Shown: positions 20,276-29,622, counted from the stretch's first letter. The stretch is 64,000 nucleotides of DNA from an uncultured Gemmatimonadales bacterium (GCA_963741945.1 CAVUKA010000001.1:96001-160000), one strand, 5' to 3'. Notes: generated by a model from the letters alone, not told the origin. Translations and numbers: made by a program.

Positions 20276-21655
20276 ATGATCCGGATTCGAGGCGGAATGA
20301 GCGCGCTGGTGGTCGGGCTGGCCGTTGGGGCCGTCACGGCGTGTGCGGACGAGCCCGCGACGGCATCCGCGAAGAGCGGGGCGAAGGTGCCGGCGCGGCA
20401 GGTCGCGGCCGTGGCCGCCGTTTCCCCGGCACCTAGGCCGGCGCCGGTGGCAATGGCGAGTGCGGAGCCGGTCGCTCCGGAGGAAGTGGCGAACGTTACA
20501 TACGGCGAGGCGGAGCGCGTCTACCGGTCCGGCGACTATGGCAGGGCGGCCGATCTGTTCGAGGCGTACGCGACGCGACGGGCGGACAACCCGTGGGGTC
20601 ACTACATGCTCGGGATCGCCGCGTGGAAGGCGGGCGACCATGCCCGCGCCGAAGAGGCGCTGCGGCGAACGCTCGACGTCTCTCCTGACCACCGGAAGGG
20701 GCTGATCAATCTCGCCCGGGTGCTGCTGGAAGAGGGCAATGCGTCGGACGCCCTGGAGTACGCGGAGCGGGTCGTCGCACTGGATTCCACGTCGGGACCG
20801 ACGTGGCGCGTGCTGGGGAACGCGAGGTCCGACCTGGGAATGGTGGACGACGCCGTCGCCGCCTACCGTCGGGCGCTGACCATCGACCACCGGGACGCAT
20901 GGACCATGAACAACCTCGGGCTGCTCATGATCCGGGAGGGACGATACGACGAGGCGCTCCCGCCGCTGGCGCGCGCCACCGAGCTGCGCCCCGACGTCCC
21001 CACGTTCCAGAACAACCTCGGAACGGCGCTCGAGCGGAGCGGACACGCCGTCGGGGCGATGGCCGCCTTCTCGGCCGCGCTCGCTGCGGATTCCACCTAT
21101 GAAAAGGCCCGGATCAGCCTGGACCGGATCCAGGCGCGGGGAATCCCCGGCGATGCCGAGCCCGTGGACCTGGCCGGGCTCGCGCGCTCGTTCGCCGACG
21201 AGGTGACGGGGTGGCAGGAGGCGCCGGACCGGACCGCACACCCGGTCCAGGAGGGGGAGGCGGACTTCCGACAGGGGGAGCCGGCCTTCCGGGAGGGCGG
21301 AGCGCAGCCGGCGGCGGGTGCGGCGGGTGCGGCGGGTGCGGCGGGTGCGGCGGGTGCGGCGGGTGCGGCGGGTGCGGCGGGTGCGGCGGGTGCGGCGGGT
21401 GCGGCGGGTGCGGCGGGTGCGGCGGGTGCGGCGGGTGCGGCGGGTGCGGCGGGTGCGGCGGGTGCGGCGGGTGCGGCGGGTGCGGCGGGTGCGGCGGGTG
21501 CGGCGGGTGCGGCGGGTGCGGCGGGTGCGGCGGGTGCGGCGGGTGCGGCGGGTGCGGCGGCGGGCGGCGCCGAAGCCCAGGCGGGCCGGGGGCGGACACC
21601 GATTCCGTCGGCTGACGCGGCTGCCGGGGTTCGCCCGGCCGATTCCGTCGGCTGA
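20276..21655 (+). CDS. TPR-repeat lipoprotein with a C-terminal (AAG)27 tract
   Basis: AAGGAGG RBS; lipobox VTAC; several TPRs (GHYMLGIAAWKAGD, NLARVLLEEG, NNLGLLMIREG, NNLGTALERSG). Confidence 0.88.
   Translation: MIRIRGGMSALVVGLAVGAVTACADEPATASAKSGAKVPARQVAAVAAVSPAPRPAPVAMASAEPVAPEEVANVTYGEAERVYRSGDYGRAADLFEAYATRRADNPWGHYMLGIAAWKAGDHARAEEALRRTLDVSPDHRKGLINLARVLLEEGNASDALEYAERVVALDSTSGPTWRVLGNARSDLGMVDDAVAAYRRALTIDHRDAWTMNNLGLLMIREGRYDEALPPLARATELRPDVPTFQNNLGTALERSGHAVGAMAAFSAALAADSTYEKARISLDRIQARGIPGDAEPVDLAGLARSFADEVTGWQEAPDRTAHPVQEGEADFRQGEPAFREGGAQPAAGAAGAAGAAGAAGAAGAAGAAGAAGAAGAAGAAGAAGAAGAAGAAGAAGAAGAAGAAGAAGAAGAAGAAGAAGAAGAAGAAAGGAEAQAGRGRTPIPSADAAAGVRPADSVG
21311..21553 (+). repeat. 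Perfect 9-bp tandem repeat (GCGGCGGGT)x27
   Basis: 243 bp without variation, in frame as Ala-Ala-Gly. Confidence 0.97.
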
Positions 21656-21678
21656 CGCGGCTGCCGGGGTTCGCCCGG
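21599..21678 (+). repeat. Perfect 40-bp tandem duplication spanning the TPR gene stop
   Basis: CCGATTCCGTCGGCTGACGCGGCTGCCGGGGTTCGCCCGG at 21599-21638 and 21639-21678. Confidence 0.95.
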
Positions 21679-21845
21679 CAAGGTTCAACGCCGAGTCCCC
21701 GCAGGCCGCCCGCCGCCCTGTGGGGACTCGGCTTCCTTCGTCATACGGCCTCCGGCCATGCGGCGGGCTGCGTTGGCGGCCACGCCAGGTGACGGCCGCG
21801 GGGCCGGAGGGCGGCCGTCCGCCCGCTCAGGGTGGCGGCCTGCAA

Positions 21846-22090
21846 CCGGGCGATGGACGCGCTCCGGGCGGTCGGCCTTCCTCCGGGCGATGGCCGCGCT
21901 CCGGGCGCCAGCCTGCCTCCGGGCGGTCAAAGTCTGTCACGGGAAAGGGCCTCTGGTGTCCGGATGCAGATTCGTCTCGGAACTCGAGCGAAATCTGCAT
22001 CCGGTTGCTCCCTTCTCCACGACGCGTGCGCGATCAGTCTCGCTTTCCGATCGAAATCCGCATCCGGTCACTCGGGTTGGGTGCGCGATC
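21846..22090. repeat. Intergenic cluster of degenerate direct repeats and a REP-like hairpin
   Basis: CCGGGCGATGG(A/C)CGCGCTCCGGGCG at 21846 and 21883; inverted repeat CCGGATGCAGATT...AATCTGCATCCGG (21960-22004); CGAAATC(T/C)GCATCCGGT at 21989 and 22052; GTGCGCGATC at 22026 and 22081. Confidence 0.75.
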
Positions 22091-22150
22091 CTGCTCGCCT
22101 GCCCGGGGCAGCCGAGGCCGCACCCACGGTCTCTCCGCTCCCCGCGAGGC

Positions 22151-23113
22151 CTACCCCCTGCCCCGCTCGCGCCGGTCGCGTGCGGCGAGGGCGAGGATCT
22201 GGCCGACCTGGACGGCGGTGGGAAGGGCATCGCGGGTGATCTGTCGCCAGGTGAGGCGGACCACCTGGATGCTGCGGGCACGCAGCCAGGCATCCTTGCG
22301 CCGGTCGCCTTCGAAGCGGGGGTCGGCGGAGTGGTAGGCGCGGCCATCGACCTCCACGGCCACGCCTACGTCGGGCCACAGGAAGTCCAGCTCGTACGGT
22401 CCAACGCGGGCGTTGGCGAGGGGCCGCGGCAGGCCGGCCGACTCAAACAGGTCGAGGCAGCGCCGTTCGGCCACGGAGCGCGTGAACGGCGGTCCGCCCT
22501 CCTCCTCGACGACGGCGCGCAGGAGCGCCGTTCCTCGCCGGCGCCGATACCGAAGCAGGAGCGCGGACAGCTCTTCGGGGCGGATGAGGCCCTGGCGCCG
22601 GGCGGTGGCGACGGCGAGTTCCACCTCCCGGCGCCCGAGCATGCCCGCGAGGTCCACGAGGGTGCGGCCGGCGCACGTGACGGGGATCCCGCGGATCACG
22701 GAACGTTCATCGTCGTCGATGCGACGCACCCGGTGGAAGCAGACTCCCTCTGCGGACGGCCGGGCGCACGCCGTTCCGGTGACGTGTCGCGGCCCGTCAG
22801 GATCGATCGGGCGGAGGCCGAGCGCCGCGGCGGCCGTCGTATGGCTCAGCAGGGCGCCGACGCCCCCTGCCAGCACGGCGGCCATGTCGCGTGCCGCCTC
22901 CGGCACGACCGGGCCGAGGACGTACACGCCGCGGTGGAGCGCGCGCAGTCGCCGCGCCCGGAGGCTGCGCCCGATGGCGGCCGGCGAGAGGCCGGCCTCG
23001 AGCAGCTGCGGACGGGTGATCACGCCCTGCTGGCGGCGGGCGACTACCTCGATCCGCTCCTCGATCCCCCGTCGGCGCGGGGTGCCCGGGGTGGCTTCGA
23101 GGGTGCGCGGCAT
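22151..23113 (-). CDS. AbiEi-type wHTH + DUF559 (Vsr-like nuclease) protein
   Basis: ARRQQGVITRPQLLEAGLS...LHRGVY; LSHTTAA; IPVTCAGRTLVDLA; RSVAE...DFLWPD..VAVEVDGRAYH...DRRKD. Confidence 0.88.
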   Translation of the reverse strand: MPRTLEATPGTPRRRGIEERIEVVARRQQGVITRPQLLEAGLSPAAIGRSLRARRLRALHRGVYVLGPVVPEAARDMAAVLAGGVGALLSHTTAAAALGLRPIDPDGPRHVTGTACARPSAEGVCFHRVRRIDDDERSVIRGIPVTCAGRTLVDLAGMLGRREVELAVATARRQGLIRPEELSALLLRYRRRRGTALLRAVVEEEGGPPFTRSVAERRCLDLFESAGLPRPLANARVGPYELDFLWPDVGVAVEVDGRAYHSADPRFEGDRRKDAWLRARSIQVVRLTWRQITRDALPTAVQVGQILALAARDRRERGRG

Positions 23114-23326
23114 GATTCAGGGAGGCACGGAGATCCGGAGGCCGGGTGCACGGCGGCGGGAGCCTCCCGCCTGCCCGAGGTCACGGTGTGGATCGCGGCG
23201 GGGCACGTCCATGGCGGAATGCGACGAAGCCCCCGCAGCTCCGCGGCCCGCGCCGGCGCCCCGGAAGCAATGCCGGGGCCCCCGCCCCCCTCGCGCCCGC
23301 CGAACGCCGGCCTGCCGCGGCTCTCC

Positions 23327-24931
23327 TCAGACGCCGGGCATCGCCTTCTTCAGGGGCCGGAGCAGGAGGAGCAGGAGCGCGGCCATGGCGGCGGCCATGG
23401 CGGCGAGGGTGATGAAGAAGCCGGCGTGGCTCCAGAGGTCCCAGAAGCGGCCGATCGCGGTCAGCTTGTTGCCAATGGCGGTAGCGGCGAACCAGCCGCC
23501 CATCATGAGGCCGCGCATGCGGATGGGCGCCACCTTCGAAACGAGGGCGAGCCCCATGGGGCTGAGCATCAGCTCGCCGAGCGAGAGGACGCCATAGGCC
23601 AGGATCAGCCACCAGGGCGAGACGCGGTGGGTGGGCGCGGCCTGGATGCCGTTTCCGGCATCGCCTTCCATGCGCACGAACTGGCCGGTGTGCACGTCAG
23701 TTCCCGCCGGCAGTCGCGCCAGCCAGAGGTCGCGGCCGTCGTCCGTCCGCAGGACGGGCCGGGACGAGATGGCCAGGTGCCGGCGCGCTTCGGGTGAGAT
23801 GTGGACCAGCACCTGGCCGTCGGTGACCTGGGCCACGCGGAACACGGGACGATCGAAGCCGCCCGCGCGGGCGGCGAAGAAGAGGATGGTGAAGGAGGCG
23901 GCGGTCAGCAGCATGCCGACCATCATCTTCGCCGGCGTGGACGGCTCGAGCCCCTTCCGGTCCAGCCATCCCCAGAAGGAGGCCAGCGGGAGGGATAGGA
24001 GAATGATCCACATCGGGTTGATGGCGTTTGACAGGATGCCGGTGACGTTCCAGTCGGTGTGGTCGTTCGCCCAGAAGGTGAGCGTGATACTGTTCTGGTG
24101 GAAGATCATCCAGAACACGATCACGATGGCGAAGATGACCAGCAGCGCGATGATCCGCTTCCACTCCGGAACGGCGTCCATGGCCTGTGCCCTCTCGTTG
24201 ACGACGGGGGGCAGGTCCTCCGTCGTCGCCACGGCCTGCTGATGGCCGGTGGAGGCATCGGTGCGGGCGAAGTCCGCGCGCGCGGCGGCGCCGGCCGCCC
24301 GGTCCCGCGGCGTGTCGGCATCCCGCACGTAGCGCTGGTTGGAGGCGAAGAGGGTGAGGCCGATGAGCATTCCGACGGCGCCCATGGCGAACGCGATGTT
24401 GAAGCCGAAGCGGGGCTGGATGATCTCGGCCAGGACCGGGGCGATGAAGGCGCCGATGTTGATCCCCATGTAGAAGATCAGGTACGCCTTGTCCTTGAGC
24501 CGGCTACCCTCGGGATAGAGGTTGCCGACCATGGATGACACGTTCGGCTTGAACAGCCCGTTGCCGATCACGAGCAGGCCCAGGGCGGTGTAGAAGAGCG
24601 GCAGGCTGTGGGGGACGGCCAGGAGCGAGTAGCCGGCCACGAAGAACAGCGCGCCGAGCATGATGGCGCGGCGGAAGCCGAGGATGCGGTCCGCCAGGAA
24701 GCCGCCGAGGAGCGGGCTGAAGTAGACGAAGCCCAGATACCATGAGCTGAGGACGGCGGCCTGCGCGTTGCTGAAGCCGAAGCCCTGCGTAGCATCCCGC
24801 ACGTACAGGGCGAGCATGCCATTGACCGTGTAGAAGCCGAAGCGCTCCCACATCTCGGTGCCGAACAGGACATACAGCCCGCGCGGGTGCTTCTGCGCGG
24901 CGGCGTTCGCACGGGGAGCGGTCGTTGCCAT
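23327..24931 (-). CDS. POT/PTR-family proton-dependent oligopeptide transporter
   Basis: HPRGLYVLFGTEMWERFGFY (ExxERF), GGFLADRILG, GNGLFKPN, FYMGINIGA and GELMLSPMG motifs. Confidence 0.94.
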   Translation of the reverse strand: MATTAPRANAAAQKHPRGLYVLFGTEMWERFGFYTVNGMLALYVRDATQGFGFSNAQAAVLSSWYLGFVYFSPLLGGFLADRILGFRRAIMLGALFFVAGYSLLAVPHSLPLFYTALGLLVIGNGLFKPNVSSMVGNLYPEGSRLKDKAYLIFYMGINIGAFIAPVLAEIIQPRFGFNIAFAMGAVGMLIGLTLFASNQRYVRDADTPRDRAAGAAARADFARTDASTGHQQAVATTEDLPPVVNERAQAMDAVPEWKRIIALLVIFAIVIVFWMIFHQNSITLTFWANDHTDWNVTGILSNAINPMWIILLSLPLASFWGWLDRKGLEPSTPAKMMVGMLLTAASFTILFFAARAGGFDRPVFRVAQVTDGQVLVHISPEARRHLAISSRPVLRTDDGRDLWLARLPAGTDVHTGQFVRMEGDAGNGIQAAPTHRVSPWWLILAYGVLSLGELMLSPMGLALVSKVAPIRMRGLMMGGWFAATAIGNKLTAIGRFWDLWSHAGFFITLAAMAAAMAALLLLLLRPLKKAMPGV

Positions 24932-25132
24932 ATCCTTCGGCCTCCTCATCGTGGATCGGGGAGCCGGTGGTCCGGGAGTGCGACGCCGGCAGGTCGCGCA
25001 TTCTGATTGCCGCGGCACTGGGGCGCAATGGTCGCGCAGTCGCCCTCCGGAGCTCGGCTCCCGCTTGACTCGTCGGAGGCGGCTCCGTCAAACTCCCCTG
25101 CCCACATCCTCTTCCCCGACCCCCGCGCTGCC

Positions 25133-26326
25133 ATGGCCACGCTCCATCCCGCCGAGACTCCCGATACCGTCCGCGAAGCCGTGATCGAGTGGCGCCGGGA
25201 CCTCCACCGCCACCCCGAGCTCTCCTTCCACGAGGAGCGAACGGCGGCGTTCGTGGCCGAGAAGCTGGAGGGGTTCGGCGGGCTCGAGATCTCCCGCCCC
25301 ACCCCCACCAGCGTGATGGCGCGCCTGCACGGTGCTGCGGGCCCCGGAGCGGTCCTGGCGATCCGTGCCGACATGGACGCGCTCCCGGTCCAGGAGCGCA
25401 ACACCCACGACTTCGTATCCACCCGCCCCGGCGTCATGCACGCGTGCGGGCACGATGGCCACACGGCCATGCTCCTGGGTGCCGCGCGCGTGCTGACGTC
25501 ACGGCGCGCGCAGCTCACCGGCGAAGTCCGCTTCCTTTTCCAGCACGCGGAAGAGCTTTTTCCGGGTGGGGCGCAGCAGATGGTGGACGCCGGCGTGCTC
25601 GAGGGCGTGGACGTCGTCATCGGCGCCCACCTGTGGAGTCCGCTCGAGTTCGGGAAAGTCGGCGTGAAGTCGGGACCGTTCATGGCCGCGCCCGACACTT
25701 TCCTCGTCCGGGTCCGGGGAAGCGGTGGACACGCGGCGCTGCCCCACCAGACGGTGGACGCCGTCGCGGTGGCCGCGCAGGTCGTCACCAACCTGCAGCA
25801 CGTGGTGGCGCGCAACGTGGACCCGCTGGAGCCGGCCGTGCTCTCCGTGACGCGGATCGCGGGCGGGACCACGAACAACGTCATCCCCGGGGAAGTCGAG
25901 CTGGAAGGGACGGTGCGCACGTTCGATCCGGAGCTGCGCGAGCGAATGCCGGAGCTGATGCGCCGGGTCATCGGCGGCATCACCAGCGCGCACGGTGCGA
26001 GCTTCGAGATGGAGTACGAGATGGGATACCGTCCGGTGGTGAACGACGACGCCGCCAGCGAGCTCCTGCGCCGCGCTGTCGTCGCCGCGCTGGGTGAGGA
26101 CGCCCTGGTGGAAGCCGACCCGGTCATGGGGGGCGAGGACTTCTCCGCCTATCAGCAGGCCGTGCCGGGCGCGTTCTTCTTCATCGGTGCCCGGAACGAA
26201 CAAGCGGGCATCGTGCACCCTCACCACCACGATCGCTTCGATGTGGACGAGCGGGCGCTCGACCATGGCACGCGCATCTTCGTCGCGGCGGCCCTCGACG
26301 TCCTGGGAACCGGCGACCATGACTGA
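25133..26326 (+). CDS. M20D amidohydrolase
   Basis: RRDLHRHPELSFHE, RADMDALP, MHACGHDGH, FQHAEE, GGEDF and HPHH motifs. Confidence 0.94.
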   Translation: MATLHPAETPDTVREAVIEWRRDLHRHPELSFHEERTAAFVAEKLEGFGGLEISRPTPTSVMARLHGAAGPGAVLAIRADMDALPVQERNTHDFVSTRPGVMHACGHDGHTAMLLGAARVLTSRRAQLTGEVRFLFQHAEELFPGGAQQMVDAGVLEGVDVVIGAHLWSPLEFGKVGVKSGPFMAAPDTFLVRVRGSGGHAALPHQTVDAVAVAAQVVTNLQHVVARNVDPLEPAVLSVTRIAGGTTNNVIPGEVELEGTVRTFDPELRERMPELMRRVIGGITSAHGASFEMEYEMGYRPVVNDDAASELLRRAVVAALGEDALVEADPVMGGEDFSAYQQAVPGAFFFIGARNEQAGIVHPHHHDRFDVDERALDHGTRIFVAAALDVLGTGDHD

Positions 26327-26678
26327 CGCGCGCACCGGCGACGGCCCCGGCCACGCGGACGATCCCGGCAGCGACGGCCCCGGCCACGCGGACGATCCCG
26401 GCAGCGGCGGCGTCGGCCACACGGACGATCCCGGCAGCGGCGGCGCCCCGGAGAACGGCGGTCGCCGCGGCCTCCGCGCCTACCACCTCCTGGCGCTGCT
26501 CCCCCCGCTCGGGATGCTGGGCGGAATCCCGTTCGCCAACCGAACGGAGCCGTACGTGCTCGGCCTCCCGTTCCTCCTCTTCTGGATCCTGGCGTGGGTG
26601 GTGGGCACCTCGGCGGTGCTCGCCGTCATCTATGGCCTCGACAGCCGCCGCGCCGCGCGGGGCGAGCCGCTGCCGTGA
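26319..26678 (+). CDS. DUF3311 (YhjC-like) small membrane protein with an N-terminal repeat extension
   Basis: PFANRTEPYVLGLPFLLFWILAW motif; sits directly before an SSS symporter. Confidence 0.85.
   Translation: MTDARTGDGPGHADDPGSDGPGHADDPGSGGVGHTDDPGSGGAPENGGRRGLRAYHLLALLPPLGMLGGIPFANRTEPYVLGLPFLLFWILAWVVGTSAVLAVIYGLDSRRAARGEPLP
26338..26436 (+). repeat. 33-bp tandem repeat x3 encoding (D/G)G(P/V)GH(A/T)DDPGS
   Basis: Units 26338-26370, 26371-26403 (identical) and 26404-26436 (diverged). Confidence 0.92.
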
Positions 26679-28165
26679 GCGGGGCTCTGCTCGTCCTGGC
26701 CCTGGTCTTCGCCGTGGCGGTGGCGCTCGGTCTGCTCGCCCGCCGCGGCCACGAGATGAGCCTGGAGCAGTGGAGCGTGGGCGGCCGGGGGTTCGGCACC
26801 ATCTTCGTCTTCCTCCTCCTGGCGGGCGAGATCTACACCACGTTCACGTTCCTCGGCGGAAGCGGCTGGGCGTACGGCAAGGGGGCTCCCGCCTTCTACA
26901 TCCTCTGCTACGGGGCGGTGGCGTACACGTTCTCGTACTTCCTGCTGCCCGTGGTCTGGCGGTACGCGCAGGCCAGGCGGCTGGTCTCGCAGGCGGACTT
27001 CTTCGTGGCCAAGTATGACAGTCGGGCGCTCGGCGTGCTGGTGGCGCTCGTGAGCGTGGCCGCGCTGGTGCCGTACCTGGTGCTCCAGCTGAAGGGGCTC
27101 GGGATCATCGTCTCCGAAGCGTCCTACGGTCGCATCTCCTCCGCCGTGGCGGTCTGGACCGGCAGCGCCGCGCTCGTGGGCTACGTGGTGGTGTCCGGCG
27201 TGCGGGGCTCCGCCTGGACCGCCGCGCTCAAGGACGTGCTGATCCTTGCCGTGGCCGTGGCCCTCGGCGTCTATCTCCCCTGGCACTACTATGGCGGCTA
27301 CGCCGAGATGTTCAGCGCCGTGGAAAACGCCAGGCCGGGCTTCCTCACCCTCCCGCCGAGCGGGATGAGCCCCGCCTGGTTCATCTCCACCGTGATCCTG
27401 ACATCCCTCGGCTTCTACATGTGGCCGCAGTTCTTCGCCGGCGTCTACACCGCACGCGACGAGAACGTCTTCCGACGCAACGCCGTGATGCTCCCCCTCT
27501 ACCAGCTCGTGATCCTCTTCGTCTTCTTCGTGGGGTTCGCCGCCATCCTGGTCGTGCCCGGGCTCCAGGGCGCCGAGGGCGACCTCTCGCTGCTGCGGAT
27601 ATCCCGCCTCAGCTTCGCCCCCTGGATCGTCGGCGTGATCGGCGGCGCGGGCCTGCTCACCGCCCTCGTGCCCGGCTCCATGATCCTCATCACCGCGGCC
27701 ACCATCCTCGCGCAGAACGTCTACCGCGGCGTGCTTCCGGCCACGTCCGAGCGCACCGTGGTCGTGCTCGCCCGCGCCCTGGTCCCCGTGGTGGCGCTGG
27801 CCAGTGCCCTGTTCGCCCTGCACGGCGGCGAGGCGATCGTGACGCTGCTGCTCATGGGCTACAACTTCGTCACCCAGCTCTTCCCCGCCCTCGTCCTGAG
27901 CCTGGGGCGGCGACCGTGGGCGAGCACCGCGGGGGCGTTCTCCGGCATCGTGGCCGGCGAGGCCGTCGTCGCCTGGCTGTCGCTCACCGGGGCATCGCTG
28001 GCAACGCTGCTCCCGAGCGCGCCTCAGCTCGTGAAGGACCTGAACGTGGGCTTCGTTGCGCTCGGCGTGAACGTGATCGTCACGGTCCTCGTGACGCTCG
28101 CGGGCCGGCGCTCCGCCGCTACCACGGCGGGCTCAGGCGTTCGAGGGTTCGTCCTGCGCGGCTGA
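26675..28165 (+). CDS. Sodium:solute symporter (YhjB-like)
   Basis: EQWSVGGRGFG..FVFLLLAGEIYTTFTFLGGSGWAYGKG; about 13 TMs; GTGA overlap. Confidence 0.93.
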   Translation: MSGALLVLALVFAVAVALGLLARRGHEMSLEQWSVGGRGFGTIFVFLLLAGEIYTTFTFLGGSGWAYGKGAPAFYILCYGAVAYTFSYFLLPVVWRYAQARRLVSQADFFVAKYDSRALGVLVALVSVAALVPYLVLQLKGLGIIVSEASYGRISSAVAVWTGSAALVGYVVVSGVRGSAWTAALKDVLILAVAVALGVYLPWHYYGGYAEMFSAVENARPGFLTLPPSGMSPAWFISTVILTSLGFYMWPQFFAGVYTARDENVFRRNAVMLPLYQLVILFVFFVGFAAILVVPGLQGAEGDLSLLRISRLSFAPWIVGVIGGAGLLTALVPGSMILITAATILAQNVYRGVLPATSERTVVVLARALVPVVALASALFALHGGEAIVTLLLMGYNFVTQLFPALVLSLGRRPWASTAGAFSGIVAGEAVVAWLSLTGASLATLLPSAPQLVKDLNVGFVALGVNVIVTVLVTLAGRRSAATTAGSGVRGFVLRG

Positions 28166-28322
28166 ATCGCCACGGCAGGCAGGCGTTTCGGAACATCGGC
28201 CAAACAACCGCGCCAGGCGCGGCTGAATCGCCATCTTCGGAACGCGGCCGCGGAAGGATGAACAATGGACCGCGCTGCGCGCGGGAATTTGACCATCCCC
28301 CCCGGCCCGGCCCGTTCGGGAT

Positions 28323-28535
28323 TCAGTCGCCCTTGTACCGGAACGACACCTTCACCTTCGCCCGGTACGCCCGCACTTTTCCGCCCTCGATCTGCAGGTC
28401 CTGCTCGACCACTTCGGCGATCCGCAGGTCTTCGAGGCTCTGCGCCGCCCGCTCCACTGCCGCGGCGGCGGCCTTCTCCCACGACTCGGGGCTGGTGCCG
28501 ACCAGCTCGATGACCTTGTAAACGCTCTCGGGCAT
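28323..28535 (-). CDS. Dodecin family protein
   Basis: SVYKVIELVGTSPESWEKAA...YRAKVKVSF; GGAGG RBS. Confidence 0.95.
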   Translation of the reverse strand: MPESVYKVIELVGTSPESWEKAAAAAVERAAQSLEDLRIAEVVEQDLQIEGGKVRAYRAKVKVSFRYKGD

Positions 28536-28668
28536 GATGTCCTCCGGAGGTGAGGGTGCGTGGAGGCACACCCGTCGGGGGACCGTCGTCAGCGCGCCCG
28601 CGGGCCGCCATGCCAGGAAACGTGGCCCGCGGGCCGTCGTCTGTCAAAAGATGCGCCGTGTTGGGCCA

Positions 28669-29622
28669 TCACCCGGCGGCGAGCTCCGCGATCTCCTGCC
28701 CGGTCATCTCGAAATCCAGGCACGCCGCGTTCTGCTCCGCGTGCTTCACCTTCGACGCGCCCGGTATCGCCACGACCGTGTCGCCGTGCGCGCGGACGAG
28801 CCACTGGAGCGCCACCTGTCCGGGGGTCGCGTCATGGTTCCGGGCGATCCTGCGCAGCATGTCGACGATGGGCCGACTGCTCTCCAGCCCCTTCTTGCGG
28901 AAGCTCCTGAGCCAGCGCCGTGGCCCGCCACGCTCCTTGATGAGGGATGGGTTCTCGTGAAATTTGCCGGTGAGAATGCCCTGCTCCAGCGGAGAGTAGG
29001 CGATGATCGTGATGCCCAGCTCCTTCGCGGCGTCGAGGACGCCGTTCCGCTCGATGCGGCGGTCGAGGAGGCTGTAGCGCACCTGGTTGCTGACCAGGGG
29101 GACCCCTCGCTCGGCCAGGTAGCGGTGGGCGCGACGCATCTTCTTTTCGCTGTAATTGCTCACCCCTACGGCGCCGACCAGCCCCCTCTCGGCCAGATCG
29201 GCCATGGCGTTCATGACCGATCGCTGGGTGGAGAGGATGCCGTGGGGATTGTGGACCTGGTGGAGGTCGATGGGATACGGGCTCAGGCAGCGGATCCGCT
29301 CGTCGATGGTGCGGCCAATGCTCCCGGCAGTCCGGAAGAAAGGCATCCACTTCGTCGCCACTCTGACCTGGCCCGGCTCGACGCCGGCGTGCCGCAGGGC
29401 TTCGCTCAGGGCACGCTCGCTGTTCCCGTTCCCGTACGCCTCGGCGGTGTCGAACCAGTTGATGCCGCCATCCAGCGTGGCCCGTACGATGGCACGGGTC
29501 GTGGCGCGGTCGAGAGAAGGCCAGTAGCGGCCGGCCATGCCCTCGCCGCCGCTGAACTGCCAGCAGCCGAGGCCGACGGGGGTGATCCTGATGGTCGAGG
29601 TGCCGAGGCTCCGAAGCTCCAT
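28669..29622 (-). CDS. Aldo/keto reductase
   Basis: GLGCWQF, FDTAEAYG, VATK, IDLHQVH, VGVSNY, NQVRYSLL, AYSPLEQG and AIPGA motifs. Confidence 0.95.
   Translation of the reverse strand: MELRSLGTSTIRITPVGLGCWQFSGGEGMAGRYWPSLDRATTRAIVRATLDGGINWFDTAEAYGNGNSERALSEALRHAGVEPGQVRVATKWMPFFRTAGSIGRTIDERIRCLSPYPIDLHQVHNPHGILSTQRSVMNAMADLAERGLVGAVGVSNYSEKKMRRAHRYLAERGVPLVSNQVRYSLLDRRIERNGVLDAAKELGITIIAYSPLEQGILTGKFHENPSLIKERGGPRRWLRSFRKKGLESSRPIVDMLRRIARNHDATPGQVALQWLVRAHGDTVVAIPGASKVKHAEQNAACLDFEMTGQEIAELAAG

Noticed and set aside
21311-22090. Possible CRISPR array
   Set aside because: Repeats are tandem or degenerate, without unique spacers of regular length; no cas genes.
21097-22337. Alternative-frame ORFs with (CGG)n, (RRV)n, (PPH)n and (PAA)n tracts, including a Cys-rich metallothionein- or RiPP-like reading
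   Set aside because: All are other frames of the 9-bp repeat; only the TPR frame has an RBS and domain content.
22151-23113. Complete type IV toxin-antitoxin or Abi defence system
   Set aside because: No AbiEii nucleotidyltransferase adjacent; the neighbours are a transporter and a TPR gene.
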